64,000 nt of DNA from Candidatus Heimdallarchaeota archaeon. GTDB taxonomy: Archaea > Asgardarchaeota > Heimdallarchaeia > Heimdallarchaeales > Heimdallarchaeaceae. The translations under genes and the position numbers were made by a program. Below, piece after piece: positions 20,250 to 30,401 of this stretch. Under the pieces are notes generated by a model, which saw nothing but the letters and a program-made list of their open reading frames with translations, was not told the DNA's origin and did no database searches. Positions within the stretch are counted from its first letter, which is position 1, and every line of letters begins with the position of its first letter. The DNA is taken from contig JAUVXV010000002.1 in the NCBI GenBank assembly GCA_030603365.1, positions 320,001 through 384,000 of the forward strand, in the 5' to 3' direction.

Positions 20250-20639
20250 TTAGACAAAAGAAGCAGTTGTATTATCTTGTTTCTTAATCTGTTCAGGAAG
20301 TGATATTTCCCCAAATCTTGATTCAAAAGCTTTCAATTGCTCTGCAATAATTTTTGCTAATATTTTCAGTTGTTGAGGTGAGAAATTCACTTCTGTAATG
20401 ATTTCCTTGATAATCGATCTTGGCATTAATACATCGGGACCTACACTTGGTTCATTTTTGTATTCTGCTTTATCTTTGAATATAATCATTTTGAATCCAG
20501 CTACAGAGTGAACCATTTGTATGCTTTCAGCATAGAAGCTAGGGACATCAGCTTTTCTTTCTACTTTCATAGGAATGTTTCTACTCATTATTATCAGAAA
20601 AAAAGTAATATTGGAGAATAAAAATATATTGTTTAACAA
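20250..20639 (-). CDS. DUF3467-like protein (real start probably MSRNIPM, ~20588)
   Basis: FYAE...SPQQLKIL...FESRFGEI pattern. Confidence 0.6.
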   Translation of the reverse strand: MLNNIFLFSNITFFLIIMSRNIPMKVERKADVPSFYAESIQMVHSVAGFKMIIFKDKAEYKNEPSVGPDVLMPRSIIKEIITEVNFSPQQLKILAKIIAEQLKAFESRFGEISLPEQIKKQDNTTASFV

Positions 20640-20676
20640 AAAATATTAGAAACTATATTAACTGTGTTGAATCAGA

Positions 20677-21243
20677 ATGTCCGAAATATACACAGGAGTC
20701 AAATTTAAATATATAAGGTTAGGAGACATACAACCTTCAGAAGAAGTTGAATATCAAGCACAGAATATATCAAAGGTTCTTGGTGAGCTACCTACTGACT
20801 GTTCTTCTGGTTCTTCTGGAAATATTAGTGTGAAAACAGAAGGAGGAATTCTGATTTCGTCTAGTGGTTCTCTTCTGAAAAACTTACTTTATCCAGAACA
20901 TTTCTGTGAGGTTGTTTCAAATAGCGATGAAAAGAGGATTCGGTTCTTTGGTAAAGATTTACCTAGCTCTGAAACAAGGATGCACTTATTGATACATGAA
21001 AAACGAGTTGAAATAAAATACTGTCTTCACATTCATACTTCAAATATAACTAAACTTCAAATTCTAAATAGATTTCCTATTACTAGTCAGTTTCTTTCTT
21101 ATGGAACCATTAATCTAGCTCAAGAAGCATCAAATAATCTTCAAAGTAATGACATCGTGATTTTAAGAGATCATGGTATTGTTATTGTTGGTGAGGATTT
21201 AGTTTCTATCTTCAGAGAATCAGTTAGGGTTAGTAGCTTGTAA
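20677..21243 (+). CDS. Class II aldolase/adducin family protein
   Basis: GNIS, SSETRMH, HIH, DHG. Confidence 0.85.
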   Translation: MSEIYTGVKFKYIRLGDIQPSEEVEYQAQNISKVLGELPTDCSSGSSGNISVKTEGGILISSSGSLLKNLLYPEHFCEVVSNSDEKRIRFFGKDLPSSETRMHLLIHEKRVEIKYCLHIHTSNITKLQILNRFPITSQFLSYGTINLAQEASNNLQSNDIVILRDHGIVIVGEDLVSIFRESVRVSSL

Positions 21244-21297
21244 AGAAGTATTAGTGCTAGGAATTCTCAGACATTCCGCTATTGATGACAAAACTTT

Positions 21298-22377
21298 TTG
21301 AATAATTGCAATCAACTCACCTTAATGCCTACATTTGCTATTGGAGTTATTCTATCCTTAACAGCTGCCCTTGGTTGGGGTTCAGCTTTAGTTTCTTTCA
21401 AAGTAGGTGTTAAAAATGTTGATGCTCTTGCTGCAACTTATATTAGAGGAATCATTGCAGTTCCATTATTGCTTATCCTAGGGATTACGATAAATGGTAC
21501 AGAAACATTTACAAAACTTTTTCTTTATCCTAATTACTTGTGGTTAATCTTCGGAGCAATCTGCATAACTCTAGGAGATTTATTTTCTTTATTTGCTCTA
21601 CAAAAAATAGATGTTTCTATTTCCCAACCTGTAACGGCAATTTACCCTATTTTTACTACATTTACATTGCTTATCGCAAAAATAGAGAACATCAATTTGT
21701 TCATTATAGGAGGCACTCTACTGATTACTTCTGGAGTGATATTGATTTCTTTCTTTAGTCAAAGAAGTGAGAATAAAAGAATCAAAGAAATCGCAAAGAA
21801 AAACGAATCAAATGAAGATGGTGAAAAGAAAAAAGTTCTTCCAATAGGTATTGGGTTATCAATTGCTGCTGCGTTATTCTGGGGATTTGCTATTGTTTTC
21901 AATCGTCTAATTCTAGAAGATCAAAGTATTGACATTCTTCCCTTAATGGGATTGAGAAATGGTCTAATGGTTGTAGTAGTTGCGGTCATGGTTTTCATCC
22001 GTCCATTGGTAAATAAAGAAAAATACAAAACAAAAATCTTTGCACCAAAAAAGGAAGCACTAATATTAATGGGTGGAGGAATTATATCTTGGTGTGTAGG
22101 AGGAGTATCTTTCTTCACTGCAGTAAAAATTATAGGAGCAGGTTACAGCACGCCTCTTTCATCTATTTCCCCCTTAATTGTAATGCTTCTTGGTGGAATT
22201 TTCTTGAAAGAGAAAATCACTTTCCCACAGATAATAGGAGTAGCAATAATTGTAGCAGGATCTATTGTACTTTCATTACCTGAATTATTGAATGTAAACC
22301 AATTAGAAATTATAACGAGTACAAATGAATTAATGACATGGTTTGAAAACCATGTTTATTTTGGAAATTTCTTCTAA
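21298..22377 (+). CDS. EamA/DMT transporter
   Basis: Two 5-TM repeats, AALGWG/AALFWG, FLKEKI. Confidence 0.85.
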   Translation: MNNCNQLTLMPTFAIGVILSLTAALGWGSALVSFKVGVKNVDALAATYIRGIIAVPLLLILGITINGTETFTKLFLYPNYLWLIFGAICITLGDLFSLFALQKIDVSISQPVTAIYPIFTTFTLLIAKIENINLFIIGGTLLITSGVILISFFSQRSENKRIKEIAKKNESNEDGEKKKVLPIGIGLSIAAALFWGFAIVFNRLILEDQSIDILPLMGLRNGLMVVVVAVMVFIRPLVNKEKYKTKIFAPKKEALILMGGGIISWCVGGVSFFTAVKIIGAGYSTPLSSISPLIVMLLGGIFLKEKITFPQIIGVAIIVAGSIVLSLPELLNVNQLEIITSTNELMTWFENHVYFGNFF

Positions 22378-22592
22378 CCCCTTTCTCTTACTGTAAAAGC
22401 TTTAACCACTTGCAGAATTGCTATTAGAGCGATTAGATATGCCCAAAAAGCATACATTGACCACCAACTAGCTGCTACAGCAAAGCCAAAAGCAGCATTC
22501 ATACCTATTAGGCCATCTGCGTCAAGGATTGATAATGCTAAGAAAAGAGAGATTACACCTTGGATTAATGAAATGATTCTATAACCAGCCAT
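22374..22592 (-). CDS. Small membrane protein
   Basis: 72 aa, hydrophobic, ATG start. Confidence 0.55.
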   Translation of the reverse strand: MAGYRIISLIQGVISLFLALSILDADGLIGMNAAFGFAVAASWWSMYAFWAYLIALIAILQVVKAFTVRERG

Positions 22593-22657
22593 GTTTTAGA
22601 ATCCTTAAGTCCGATATAAAAATTTTTGTTTTATAAGTCCTAGATAAGTACTCAACT

Positions 22658-23170
22658 TTACTCACTTGTATCTATGAGTTTGTATTTTTTAGCTAATTTT
22701 TGTGCTAGAGCTTCTTCCTCTAATGCATGTTTTTCATCTTTGGTTAAATCTTCAGGAAGCCATTTTGGTGTAAATTTCTTTATCTCGATATAATATGCTC
22801 TTAAAGCTCTTCTTAATGCTCCAACAGCTAAGCTTCCACAATGAGTTTTTACCTTGGGAAGTCCTCCTAAAGCTTCTGATACATCAGCCCAAGTTATATT
22901 CCAAGCATCTTCTAGAGATTTATTTTCAATCATAATGGTCAATTGACTTGCAGCTGCAATGTTAGAAGCACATCCATAGCTTTCAAAACTAGATTTTGTA
23001 ATAGTATCTGTGCTTTCATGAATTTTCAAATAAAATGCGATCATGTCCCCACAAGCTGGACTTCCTGCAGATGCAGCTATAGTTGCATCTTCCATCCTAC
23101 CTAGATTTTGTGGATTTTGAAATAATTCTAGAACTCTTGGAGCATATGGTAATGGTATTCTGCTTGACAT
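22658..23170 (-). CDS. iscU: Fe-S scaffold IscU/NifU-N type
   Basis: NPQNLG, ACGD, YGCAS, LPKVKTHC. Confidence 0.92.
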   Translation of the reverse strand: MSSRIPLPYAPRVLELFQNPQNLGRMEDATIAASAGSPACGDMIAFYLKIHESTDTITKSSFESYGCASNIAAASQLTIMIENKSLEDAWNITWADVSEALGGLPKVKTHCGSLAVGALRRALRAYYIEIKKFTPKWLPEDLTKDEKHALEEEALAQKLAKKYKLIDTSE

Positions 23171-23184
23171 TTTTATTAATCCAT

Positions 23185-24396
23185 TTATAGTTCGATTCCG
23201 CCTGTAATCGATCGAATTCTTGATATTATTTTAGGCATTCTTTCTAGAACATAGTTTACCTGTTCTTCTGTGTTGAGTCTATTCAGTTTCATTAATAGAC
23301 TTCCATGAGCTTCTTCTGGTTTTCTTCCTATAGCAGTTAATATATGACTTGGCATCAACACTCTACTAGTACAAGCACTACCACTAGAGACATAGATCCC
23401 ATTCATGCTGCATTCAACAGTAAGAGCTTCACCTTCACATCCCAGGTAACTAATATTCACATTATCTGGAGCTCTTCTTTTTCCTGAAGGACCATTTACT
23501 TCAGCTCGTTCAATGCTTGTTACAAGCCCATATAATAATTTATCTCTTAATCTAGTAATGTTGCTTGTAATCTCATCAAATTGACTAAATTGGAGTTCTA
23601 CTGCTTTTGCAAAACCTGCCAATAAAGCTGGGTTTTCTACATCAGGTGACAAAATTTCTACACTCAGTTGTCCTTCATACAGTGCTTTAATTTTAACTCC
23701 TTCTTTAACATATAATCCCGCGATACCTTTAGGACCAAGAATCTTATTACTACTAATTGTTGCCATATCAACTTCGATTTTACTGTAATCTAAAGGAATT
23801 CGTCCAAAAGCTGATGTTGCATCTGTATGAAAGAAGATATCTTCATTTTTATCTTTAACAATTTCAAGAGCTTTCTTTATTGGCTGTATTGTCCCAATTT
23901 CATGGTTAATAGTTTGTAAGCTTACAAGAAGAGTATTATCATCGAGTTTTTCTTGTAAGACATCCAGATTAATTGTTCCGTCATTCGAAACAGGGATAAT
24001 ATCAACTTGATACTGTTGATTGAAAAGTGATTTAGCAGCATGTATGACACTTAGATGTTCCGCTTCTGATACGATTATTTTTTTCCTCTTTTTATTAAGC
24101 GGAAGAATGCCTTTTATCGCTAGATTGTTTGATTCTGTGTAACTGTGGGTTAATGCTAAAGATTGAGGATTGATACTTAATGGTTTAGCGATTTTAGTCT
24201 TTGCTTTAACGTAAAAATCGTATGTTTCCCAGCCCATTTTATGAGTAATCGCAGGATTACCATATGTCTTCTCGAGATAAATTGGAATCATTGCATCTAA
24301 TACTTCTTTATCCACAACTGATCCATTTTCCCAATCTAAATATACATCTTGAACCGGAGTTCCATGTTGTTCTAATAATCCTTCCACGTTTGACAT
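23185..24396 (-). CDS. iscS: Cysteine desulfurase IscS/NifS type
   Basis: GNP, TESNN, SSNKILGPKG (PLP Lys present), SSGSACTS. Confidence 0.88.
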   Translation of the reverse strand: MSNVEGLLEQHGTPVQDVYLDWENGSVVDKEVLDAMIPIYLEKTYGNPAITHKMGWETYDFYVKAKTKIAKPLSINPQSLALTHSYTESNNLAIKGILPLNKKRKKIIVSEAEHLSVIHAAKSLFNQQYQVDIIPVSNDGTINLDVLQEKLDDNTLLVSLQTINHEIGTIQPIKKALEIVKDKNEDIFFHTDATSAFGRIPLDYSKIEVDMATISSNKILGPKGIAGLYVKEGVKIKALYEGQLSVEILSPDVENPALLAGFAKAVELQFSQFDEITSNITRLRDKLLYGLVTSIERAEVNGPSGKRRAPDNVNISYLGCEGEALTVECSMNGIYVSSGSACTSRVLMPSHILTAIGRKPEEAHGSLLMKLNRLNTEEQVNYVLERMPKIISRIRSITGGIEL

Positions 24397-24400
24397 GTTT

Positions 24401-24655
24401 TTAACCTAGTAATTCTGTTAAGAAAATTTCAACTTGGTCAACTTCAGATAACATCAATTTTCCTGTTCTATAGAACGATATCTTATGTTTGCCGTATTGA
24501 TACTTCTCCACCATGTTGCCAATTTTTTGTATCAGATTACATTTTTCTTGTAATTTATGTTGGACTTCATCAATAGTTCCCCATTTGAGCATGATAACAT
24601 AGCTGTTATCCTTTTTACAACTCTCAACTATTGAGTCCACATATTTCTGGTACAA
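24401..24655 (-). CDS. Small hypothetical protein, first gene of the iscSU operon
   Basis: 84 aa, 4 bp upstream of iscS; ISFYRTGKLML beta motif. Confidence 0.65.
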   Translation of the reverse strand: MYQKYVDSIVESCKKDNSYVIMLKWGTIDEVQHKLQEKCNLIQKIGNMVEKYQYGKHKISFYRTGKLMLSEVDQVEIFLTELLG

Positions 24656-24710
24656 TAATTAACACCTAGTTACAAGCTTAGTGAGATAAAGGACTTATTT
24701 AACCTTTGTT

Positions 24711-25208
24711 TCAATCAAAATTTTCTTTACTTTTTATGATGATTTCTTGACAGTTTTTACAGAGAAATGATGGTTTTTCTTTAGCTTCGTTTAAACTATT
24801 GGAATATTGCATCACACAAAAATTTTGACAGTGCTCTAGACCCAAAATATGACCACATTCATGGATACTCTCTTTAATTCTCATTTCTCTAGTTTCTAGA
24901 CGATGAAAAGAAACTATAGCGCCATAAAACTTTGAGGCTAGACCGAAAATAAAATCCATGACTGGCACATACAAATCTTTTGTTACTATCCAAAAAAAGA
25001 AACGTAAATTCTTTTTGTCAATTAACATATTTAGAAGTTTCTGACCATCAAACTGATCTCTTTTTTTATTATAGGTTTTATTATCTAACTTGCATTCTTT
25101 TAATTCCTTTATCTCAACATTGTATGTTTCCTCTAGATGTTTAGCTATCCCTTTTACTTCACTAATCTCCAAATTTGGGTCGTAAAGAATGGTTATGGGA
25201 GGAAACAT
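24711..25208 (-). CDS. amzA: Archaemetzincin (M54 zinc metalloprotease)
   Basis: HECGHILGLEHC...CVM...CKNC. Confidence 0.9.
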   Translation of the reverse strand: MFPPITILYDPNLEISEVKGIAKHLEETYNVEIKELKECKLDNKTYNKKRDQFDGQKLLNMLIDKKNLRFFFWIVTKDLYVPVMDFIFGLASKFYGAIVSFHRLETREMRIKESIHECGHILGLEHCQNFCVMQYSNSLNEAKEKPSFLCKNCQEIIIKSKENFD

Positions 25209-25273
25209 AAGTTATTCTACATAATGAGATGTTTAAATTTTTCGTAATCTGTTTAAGTAAGAGTACTAAATAT

Positions 25274-26545
25274 TCATTGTATTAACTTCGAACTAATTTT
25301 ATTTTCCTTTGCTATTTCAGCAAATATCTTTGCAGAATCTCTCACTTTACGTTCCTGAGTTTCATAATCTACTCCTATCATTCCAAAGCGAGGTTCAAAA
25401 CCTTCAGCCCACTCCCAATTATCAAGAGTGGACCAATAGAAATATCCTCTCACATCTGCACCTTCTTGAATAGATTTATGAACTTGAAGTAAGTGTTGGA
25501 GGATAAATTCTTGTCTTTTACTATCATCAAGAGTCGCTATACCATTCTCTGTAACATAAATTGGACCTTTATATGCTTCTTTTACTCTCATTATATTCTC
25601 ATACAACCCCTCTGGATATACGCCCCATCCCATTTGAGTTACTTCTGTTACACTAGGAAGTTTGAAATCAAGAGCAACAGGCAAACCAAACTTAAATCGG
25701 AAGTAAACTGCATCATAATAGTTTACACCAAAATAATCTATTGTGTCTCTCATCCAATTTTTATAAGTGGAAGGTACAAAAGGTACTTTGCCTTTGATGA
25801 CAGCATCAATTGCAACTTGATTATATGCATTATCTAAAGTTGAAGTTACTTTTCTTTGCCAAAAATTCCCATGATATTTCTGATAAAAATAAGGAAAACT
25901 TTTTACTATACCAACTTGACTATCTGGATTAAATTTTTTCAATGTGTTGTAAGCGATAGAATGAGCCTTCATCATGTTGCGATAAACCTTCAGATAGGCA
26001 ATTAGAGATTTTCGTCCAGGAGGAAACTCACCATAGAAGTAACTCATTAGTGGGACTACTCCAGGTTCATTAATAGGATTCCAGAATTCTATTTCAGGAA
26101 AGTTTTTTGCAATAACCTCGCAATATTCCTGGAAATGTCTTAGATTTTTTGTTTTTAGAAATCCTCCTTTTCTTTCAAACCAGATAGGAATTGTAAAGTG
26201 ATATAAGGTTACAAAACTTTTTAGTGCATTCTTTTTCAAAGATTCGAATACCTTATGATAATGCTCTATTTCCTCTGTATCAACTTTATTTTCTTGAGGA
26301 AAAATCCTGCTCCATTCAATGCCAGTTCTATGTGAATTATGATTCAGTTTTCTGAATAGGATATGATCCTTCTCAAACAGACCATAATGATTTGAGGATT
26401 CACCGCATTTATCATCATTTTTTATATTTCCAGGTTTCTGTTCAAATTCGTACCAGTCATTATTGTAATTATTTCCTTCAGTCTGATATGCTGATTGAGC
26501 ACCACCCCACAGAAAACCATTTGGAAAATTATAATCTTGAGACAT
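25274..26545 (-). CDS. Glycoside hydrolase family 1 (beta-glucosidase)
   Basis: FLWG..SAYQTEG, NEP, TENG, DNWEWAEG. Confidence 0.95.
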   Translation of the reverse strand: MSQDYNFPNGFLWGGAQSAYQTEGNNYNNDWYEFEQKPGNIKNDDKCGESSNHYGLFEKDHILFRKLNHNSHRTGIEWSRIFPQENKVDTEEIEHYHKVFESLKKNALKSFVTLYHFTIPIWFERKGGFLKTKNLRHFQEYCEVIAKNFPEIEFWNPINEPGVVPLMSYFYGEFPPGRKSLIAYLKVYRNMMKAHSIAYNTLKKFNPDSQVGIVKSFPYFYQKYHGNFWQRKVTSTLDNAYNQVAIDAVIKGKVPFVPSTYKNWMRDTIDYFGVNYYDAVYFRFKFGLPVALDFKLPSVTEVTQMGWGVYPEGLYENIMRVKEAYKGPIYVTENGIATLDDSKRQEFILQHLLQVHKSIQEGADVRGYFYWSTLDNWEWAEGFEPRFGMIGVDYETQERKVRDSAKIFAEIAKENKISSKLIQ

Positions 26546-26621
26546 TAAGGATTCATGATTTATTTTATTTAAAACTTTAGTGAACGCAAATTTCTTATAG
26601 CAAAATACAACTCCTCATTCA

Positions 26622-27791
26622 ATGAGTTCTAAATCTTGGAATATTTTGATGGTAGTCCTAAGCACTGTCGCTCCTGATGTGAGGGTAGAAAAGGAAGCTA
26701 GATATCTTGCGAACACAGGACACAATGTAACAATAATTGGTACTAATCCAAGAGGAGATTTACCTAATGAAGAAAAAAGAGATGGATACACAATCAAAAG
26801 AGTTCCAAGTAGTAAGAAATTGTTCTTCAAGTATTTTGAGTTCTGGAAAAATGTTCGAAAATTAGTAAATAAGCAGCAATTCGATATTGTACATCTTCAT
26901 GATTTGAATGTTCTTCCCCTTGCTACAAGACTAAGGAAAAATACTAAGATAATAATTTATGACAGCCATGAAAACTTCCCAGAACAGATGTCAGAAACTT
27001 TTGGTTTTCCAGCATTGTGGGGTTATTCTATTGTAGAAAGATATTACTTAAAGAGAGTTCATGGAGTTATAACTGCTGGAATAACTTATTCAGAGAATCT
27101 AAAGAAGAAGTATAAAACTGATAGCATCTGGATTGCAAATTACCCTTCAACTGTAGATATCAATCTTGCTCATAAAAAAGAAATTCCAAAAGATTATCAA
27201 ACTGGGCAGAAATTCAGAGTTGTACATTTTGGAGTGATGTATAGTAACCTTGGATACGATAAAACAGTTGAAGCTGTTAAACTCCTTAGTCAGAATCTAA
27301 AACCATCAGAGATACAATTTCTAATTATGGGATCAGGGGCATCATTAGAACCAATGAAAGAACTGATAGAAGAAAATAATTTGAGTGAATATTTCAAAGT
27401 CACAGGTTGGATGGATTATCATGAAGCTCTTTCAATAATGCGTTCATGTGATATTGGATTAATATTATTCCAACCAGGGAAGAATAATTTTCTAAGAATA
27501 CCTAATAGACTCTATGAATTTTGTTCAGCTGGTGTACCGTTCATAGGATCCAATTTTGAAGGTTTAAGAAGGTCAGTAGTAAATCGCGAGGAACTAGGAA
27601 TTCTTATCAATCCGACATCTCCAAGAGAGATAGCTGATGCCATTCTAACAGTTTATAATGATAAAGAAAAACTCAATAAAATGAAGAAAATTGCTTCAGA
27701 TGCTTACAAAGAACAATTTAACTGGGAAAGTGAAATACCTAAAATTGAGCAAAAGTATTTAGAATCATTTAGTAAACTTAAGAAGAACTAA
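26622..27791 (+). CDS. Glycosyltransferase family 4
   Basis: DVRVEKEA, YDSHE, PNRLYEF..AGVP. Confidence 0.9.
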   Translation: MSSKSWNILMVVLSTVAPDVRVEKEARYLANTGHNVTIIGTNPRGDLPNEEKRDGYTIKRVPSSKKLFFKYFEFWKNVRKLVNKQQFDIVHLHDLNVLPLATRLRKNTKIIIYDSHENFPEQMSETFGFPALWGYSIVERYYLKRVHGVITAGITYSENLKKKYKTDSIWIANYPSTVDINLAHKKEIPKDYQTGQKFRVVHFGVMYSNLGYDKTVEAVKLLSQNLKPSEIQFLIMGSGASLEPMKELIEENNLSEYFKVTGWMDYHEALSIMRSCDIGLILFQPGKNNFLRIPNRLYEFCSAGVPFIGSNFEGLRRSVVNREELGILINPTSPREIADAILTVYNDKEKLNKMKKIASDAYKEQFNWESEIPKIEQKYLESFSKLKKN

Positions 27792-28639
27792 AACCTTCTA
27801 ATTACATTATAAATTTGCTCTTCAACCATTGCAGCTTTTGCTTCAACTTCTGATATATCATTAACTCCAGCAAAAAACTGACCAAGGATATTCTTAATTT
27901 TATCAATACTATATATAAGATCTGAATATTCTGCTGGGTAACCTAATGCTACAATACAATAGTCAACTCCTCTGAATCGAGGATCTTTTTGGTCTTTATC
28001 TTTTACAACATATAGAAAGCTTGTAGCATTGTAATGTTTCATCTTTGGGATTTTTACAGGTCCAGATGTTGTTCCTGTTTCCAGCATCTCTAATTCACCC
28101 ATTCCGAAAATTGTGAATAGTAGAACCCCTAAAGCTAGAGTTACTGTTTCTCTAACACTTTCGTATTCACTTGGGATTTTTTCTATATAGATAGGATCTG
28201 TCCCTGATTCTCCGAAACGATAAAAAGAAACAAAAATCTTATCCATATCATATTTTGACTCGACTTTTGTTACTTTGTCAATTGCATTTGGAATTTGATT
28301 GAAGAATCTCCCTCTTTTTACAATATAGTCAGAAGCACCCATTTTCATAGCATTAACTGCAACTTCTTCAGAACCCTGTCCAGTTATTATTAAAACAGGA
28401 ATTTGTGCAACTTTTCTTATTTCTTCTAAAATCTCTAATCCTGTAGTATTGACCAGAAGATAGTCAAGAAGAATAACATCGATATCATAATTTAAGTCAG
28501 AAAGTAGTTTTAGAGTATCTTCCTTAGTTTTAGTGATGAATACTTCTGCTTCAGGGTATGCTTTTAGTACATTTACTTTAATTAGAAAGGCAATATCAGC
28601 ATCATCTTCACATAAAAGTATTCTTAGTTTGCTCTGCAT
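27788..28639 (-). CDS. Response regulator receiver fused to a longin/uDENN-like C-terminal domain
   Basis: CEDD, LLDY, TGQG, DYIVK; C-terminal FYRFGESGTDP...GPVKIP...DPRF..DYCIV. Confidence 0.75.
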   Translation of the reverse strand: MQSKLRILLCEDDADIAFLIKVNVLKAYPEAEVFITKTKEDTLKLLSDLNYDIDVILLDYLLVNTTGLEILEEIRKVAQIPVLIITGQGSEEVAVNAMKMGASDYIVKRGRFFNQIPNAIDKVTKVESKYDMDKIFVSFYRFGESGTDPIYIEKIPSEYESVRETVTLALGVLLFTIFGMGELEMLETGTTSGPVKIPKMKHYNATSFLYVVKDKDQKDPRFRGVDYCIVALGYPAEYSDLIYSIDKIKNILGQFFAGVNDISEVEAKAAMVEEQIYNVIRRF

Positions 28640-28698
28640 CTTAGATACTCCAAGGTTATATTTGTCAATGGTTTATTTTATCTTTATTATAATGTCAA

Positions 28699-29703
28699 CT
28701 ATTCCAATAAACCATCTTCTTTTAACGACTCTAGTATTTCAGAGATTTCATCTTCCAATTTATCAATAGTTTCGTCCTTTCCTTTCTTGGGTTTCTTGGT
28801 TTTACGCCTTTCTTCTATCAAATCTCGTAAACTACTACCATCTGGTAGATCAACTAAAGTTCCACCCACTTTGGAAATTTCATCTCTAATGGTTTTTAAT
28901 TGAGCTTCAGATTCATCAAAAACTTCTTTATCAGGTAACATAGAAGCTAATTCAGGTACGGAGCTTGCTTCTTCTGCAGGTTGCAGTGAACCTAGATCAT
29001 TTAAACCAAGTTCTTGAAGTAAAGAAGTTTCATCTAAATCAAGATCCTTAATTGATCCTGAGGTAAATTGATCTATTTTTGTCTGAGATTTAGGTGTTGC
29101 ATCGAATTGTATTGTAGCCGTCTCTTTCTGCTTACAGTGGTGTTCTTCTGTAATGGGATGGTGAATACCACAATATGGACACACTGTCTCGTGTAAGGTT
29201 TGTATATGTACTCCCAAAGCTCTTTGATCATGAGTGACAAAACCACAATGACTACACTTGAGCAAAGGAATGAAATTTTCTGATGCCACAAATTCATCAA
29301 AATTTGCGTAAAGATACCATAGTAAAGATATTCTGACAGTCTTTGATGTACTCCAGCCTGTTTTCTTTTTAATACTTGTTAGACTTTCAGTACTTACTTG
29401 ATCTTTTAGTCTAAAAGAAAGCTTCGTTTCTTTTCTTGCTTTTGATTCATCCTCGTATCTTTTCATTAATAAAATCTCTAGTTTGATATAATCATTTAAT
29501 TCTTCAACAATATTTATACGACTCTTCATTTTTCTTACTCGAAGAGCTAGATCATCCAAAGAGAGAGTAATCATTTGGCTTGCACCTCCAAAGCTTTTAG
29601 ATTGCTCTAAAACTGCATTCTTAAAATTCTCAGGAACATTTATTGTATAAACATTGGAAGCTCTTGTACCACCAGTTTGCGGAGTTATTTGTTTCACCTT
29701 CAC
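28699..29703 (-). CDS. Hypothetical protein with C2H2-type zinc finger
   Basis: CSHCGFVTHDQRALGVHIQTLH followed by CPYC...HHC; acidic tail. Confidence 0.7.
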   Translation of the reverse strand: MKVKQITPQTGGTRASNVYTINVPENFKNAVLEQSKSFGGASQMITLSLDDLALRVRKMKSRINIVEELNDYIKLEILLMKRYEDESKARKETKLSFRLKDQVSTESLTSIKKKTGWSTSKTVRISLLWYLYANFDEFVASENFIPLLKCSHCGFVTHDQRALGVHIQTLHETVCPYCGIHHPITEEHHCKQKETATIQFDATPKSQTKIDQFTSGSIKDLDLDETSLLQELGLNDLGSLQPAEEASSVPELASMLPDKEVFDESEAQLKTIRDEISKVGGTLVDLPDGSSLRDLIEERRKTKKPKKGKDETIDKLEDEISEILESLKEDGLLE

Positions 29704-29928
29704 CGTATTATTTGCGTATTATTGTCTCGAGTTAATATTTTATAAGCTTTTGCCAATGAAAGAAATTTAAGAAAAAATCCGAAATTAGGAACTATCAAAA
29801 TCAATATTAAACACAATCTAGATATAATCTTGAGAGTTTATGATGATCATGCACTACTTTGAACATTAGTAATGCAATAAAAACGGGGATCTGAGGCTCT
29901 CACTAAATTAGCTTCTTAATTTAGTTTC

Positions 29929-30387
29929 TTAATTTAGATTCACTTTAATAGGGATCCCTTCTTTCACGCTTCCTGAAACAATACAATAGTTTTTGAAAAT
30001 TTCTAGACATCGGATGAAATTTTGGTCTTTATTATTCTCAACAACAGGTTCTAAATCTACTTCAATTTGAGAAATTCTCCAAAATCCTTCTTCATTTCTT
30101 TCACGTTTGAATTTTATTGTAGTATTAAGTTCCTTTAATTCAACTTTCTTCTTTGTTAAACAAAATGTTAGTGATGCTGAGAGACAATTTCCTACAGCAG
30201 TTGCTAATAACATAGATGCGGTTGGTCCAACCCCTTCTCCTCCAGGAACTGCTTCTTCTTCATCCATAACAAGATTCTTTATTGAATCTGATCCAAAATC
30301 AACTTCAAATTTGTAGTTGTCTTTTTTTACCATTTTAATTGTATACTCAAAATTATGACTTTCTGACATCTCAATTCCATCCTTCAA
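29929..30387 (-). CDS. OsmC/Ohr family protein
   Basis: GPTASMLLATAVGNC...YCIVSGSV. Confidence 0.85.
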   Translation of the reverse strand: MKDGIEMSESHNFEYTIKMVKKDNYKFEVDFGSDSIKNLVMDEEEAVPGGEGVGPTASMLLATAVGNCLSASLTFCLTKKKVELKELNTTIKFKRERNEEGFWRISQIEVDLEPVVENNKDQNFIRCLEIFKNYCIVSGSVKEGIPIKVNLN

Positions 30388-30401
30388 TTAATAAAAGAAA
30401 T

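Noticed and set aside
3212-21243. Methionine-salvage operon (MtaD-, MtnA- and MtnB-like genes)
   Set aside because: Genes are dispersed and the eIF-2B-like protein lacks the isomerase catalytic Cys; substrate assignments cannot be supported.
29902-29937. ACTAAATTA-N6-TAATTTAGT hairpin and 12-bp direct repeat at the osmC stop
   Set aside because: Almost all A/T; at most a terminator-like feature.
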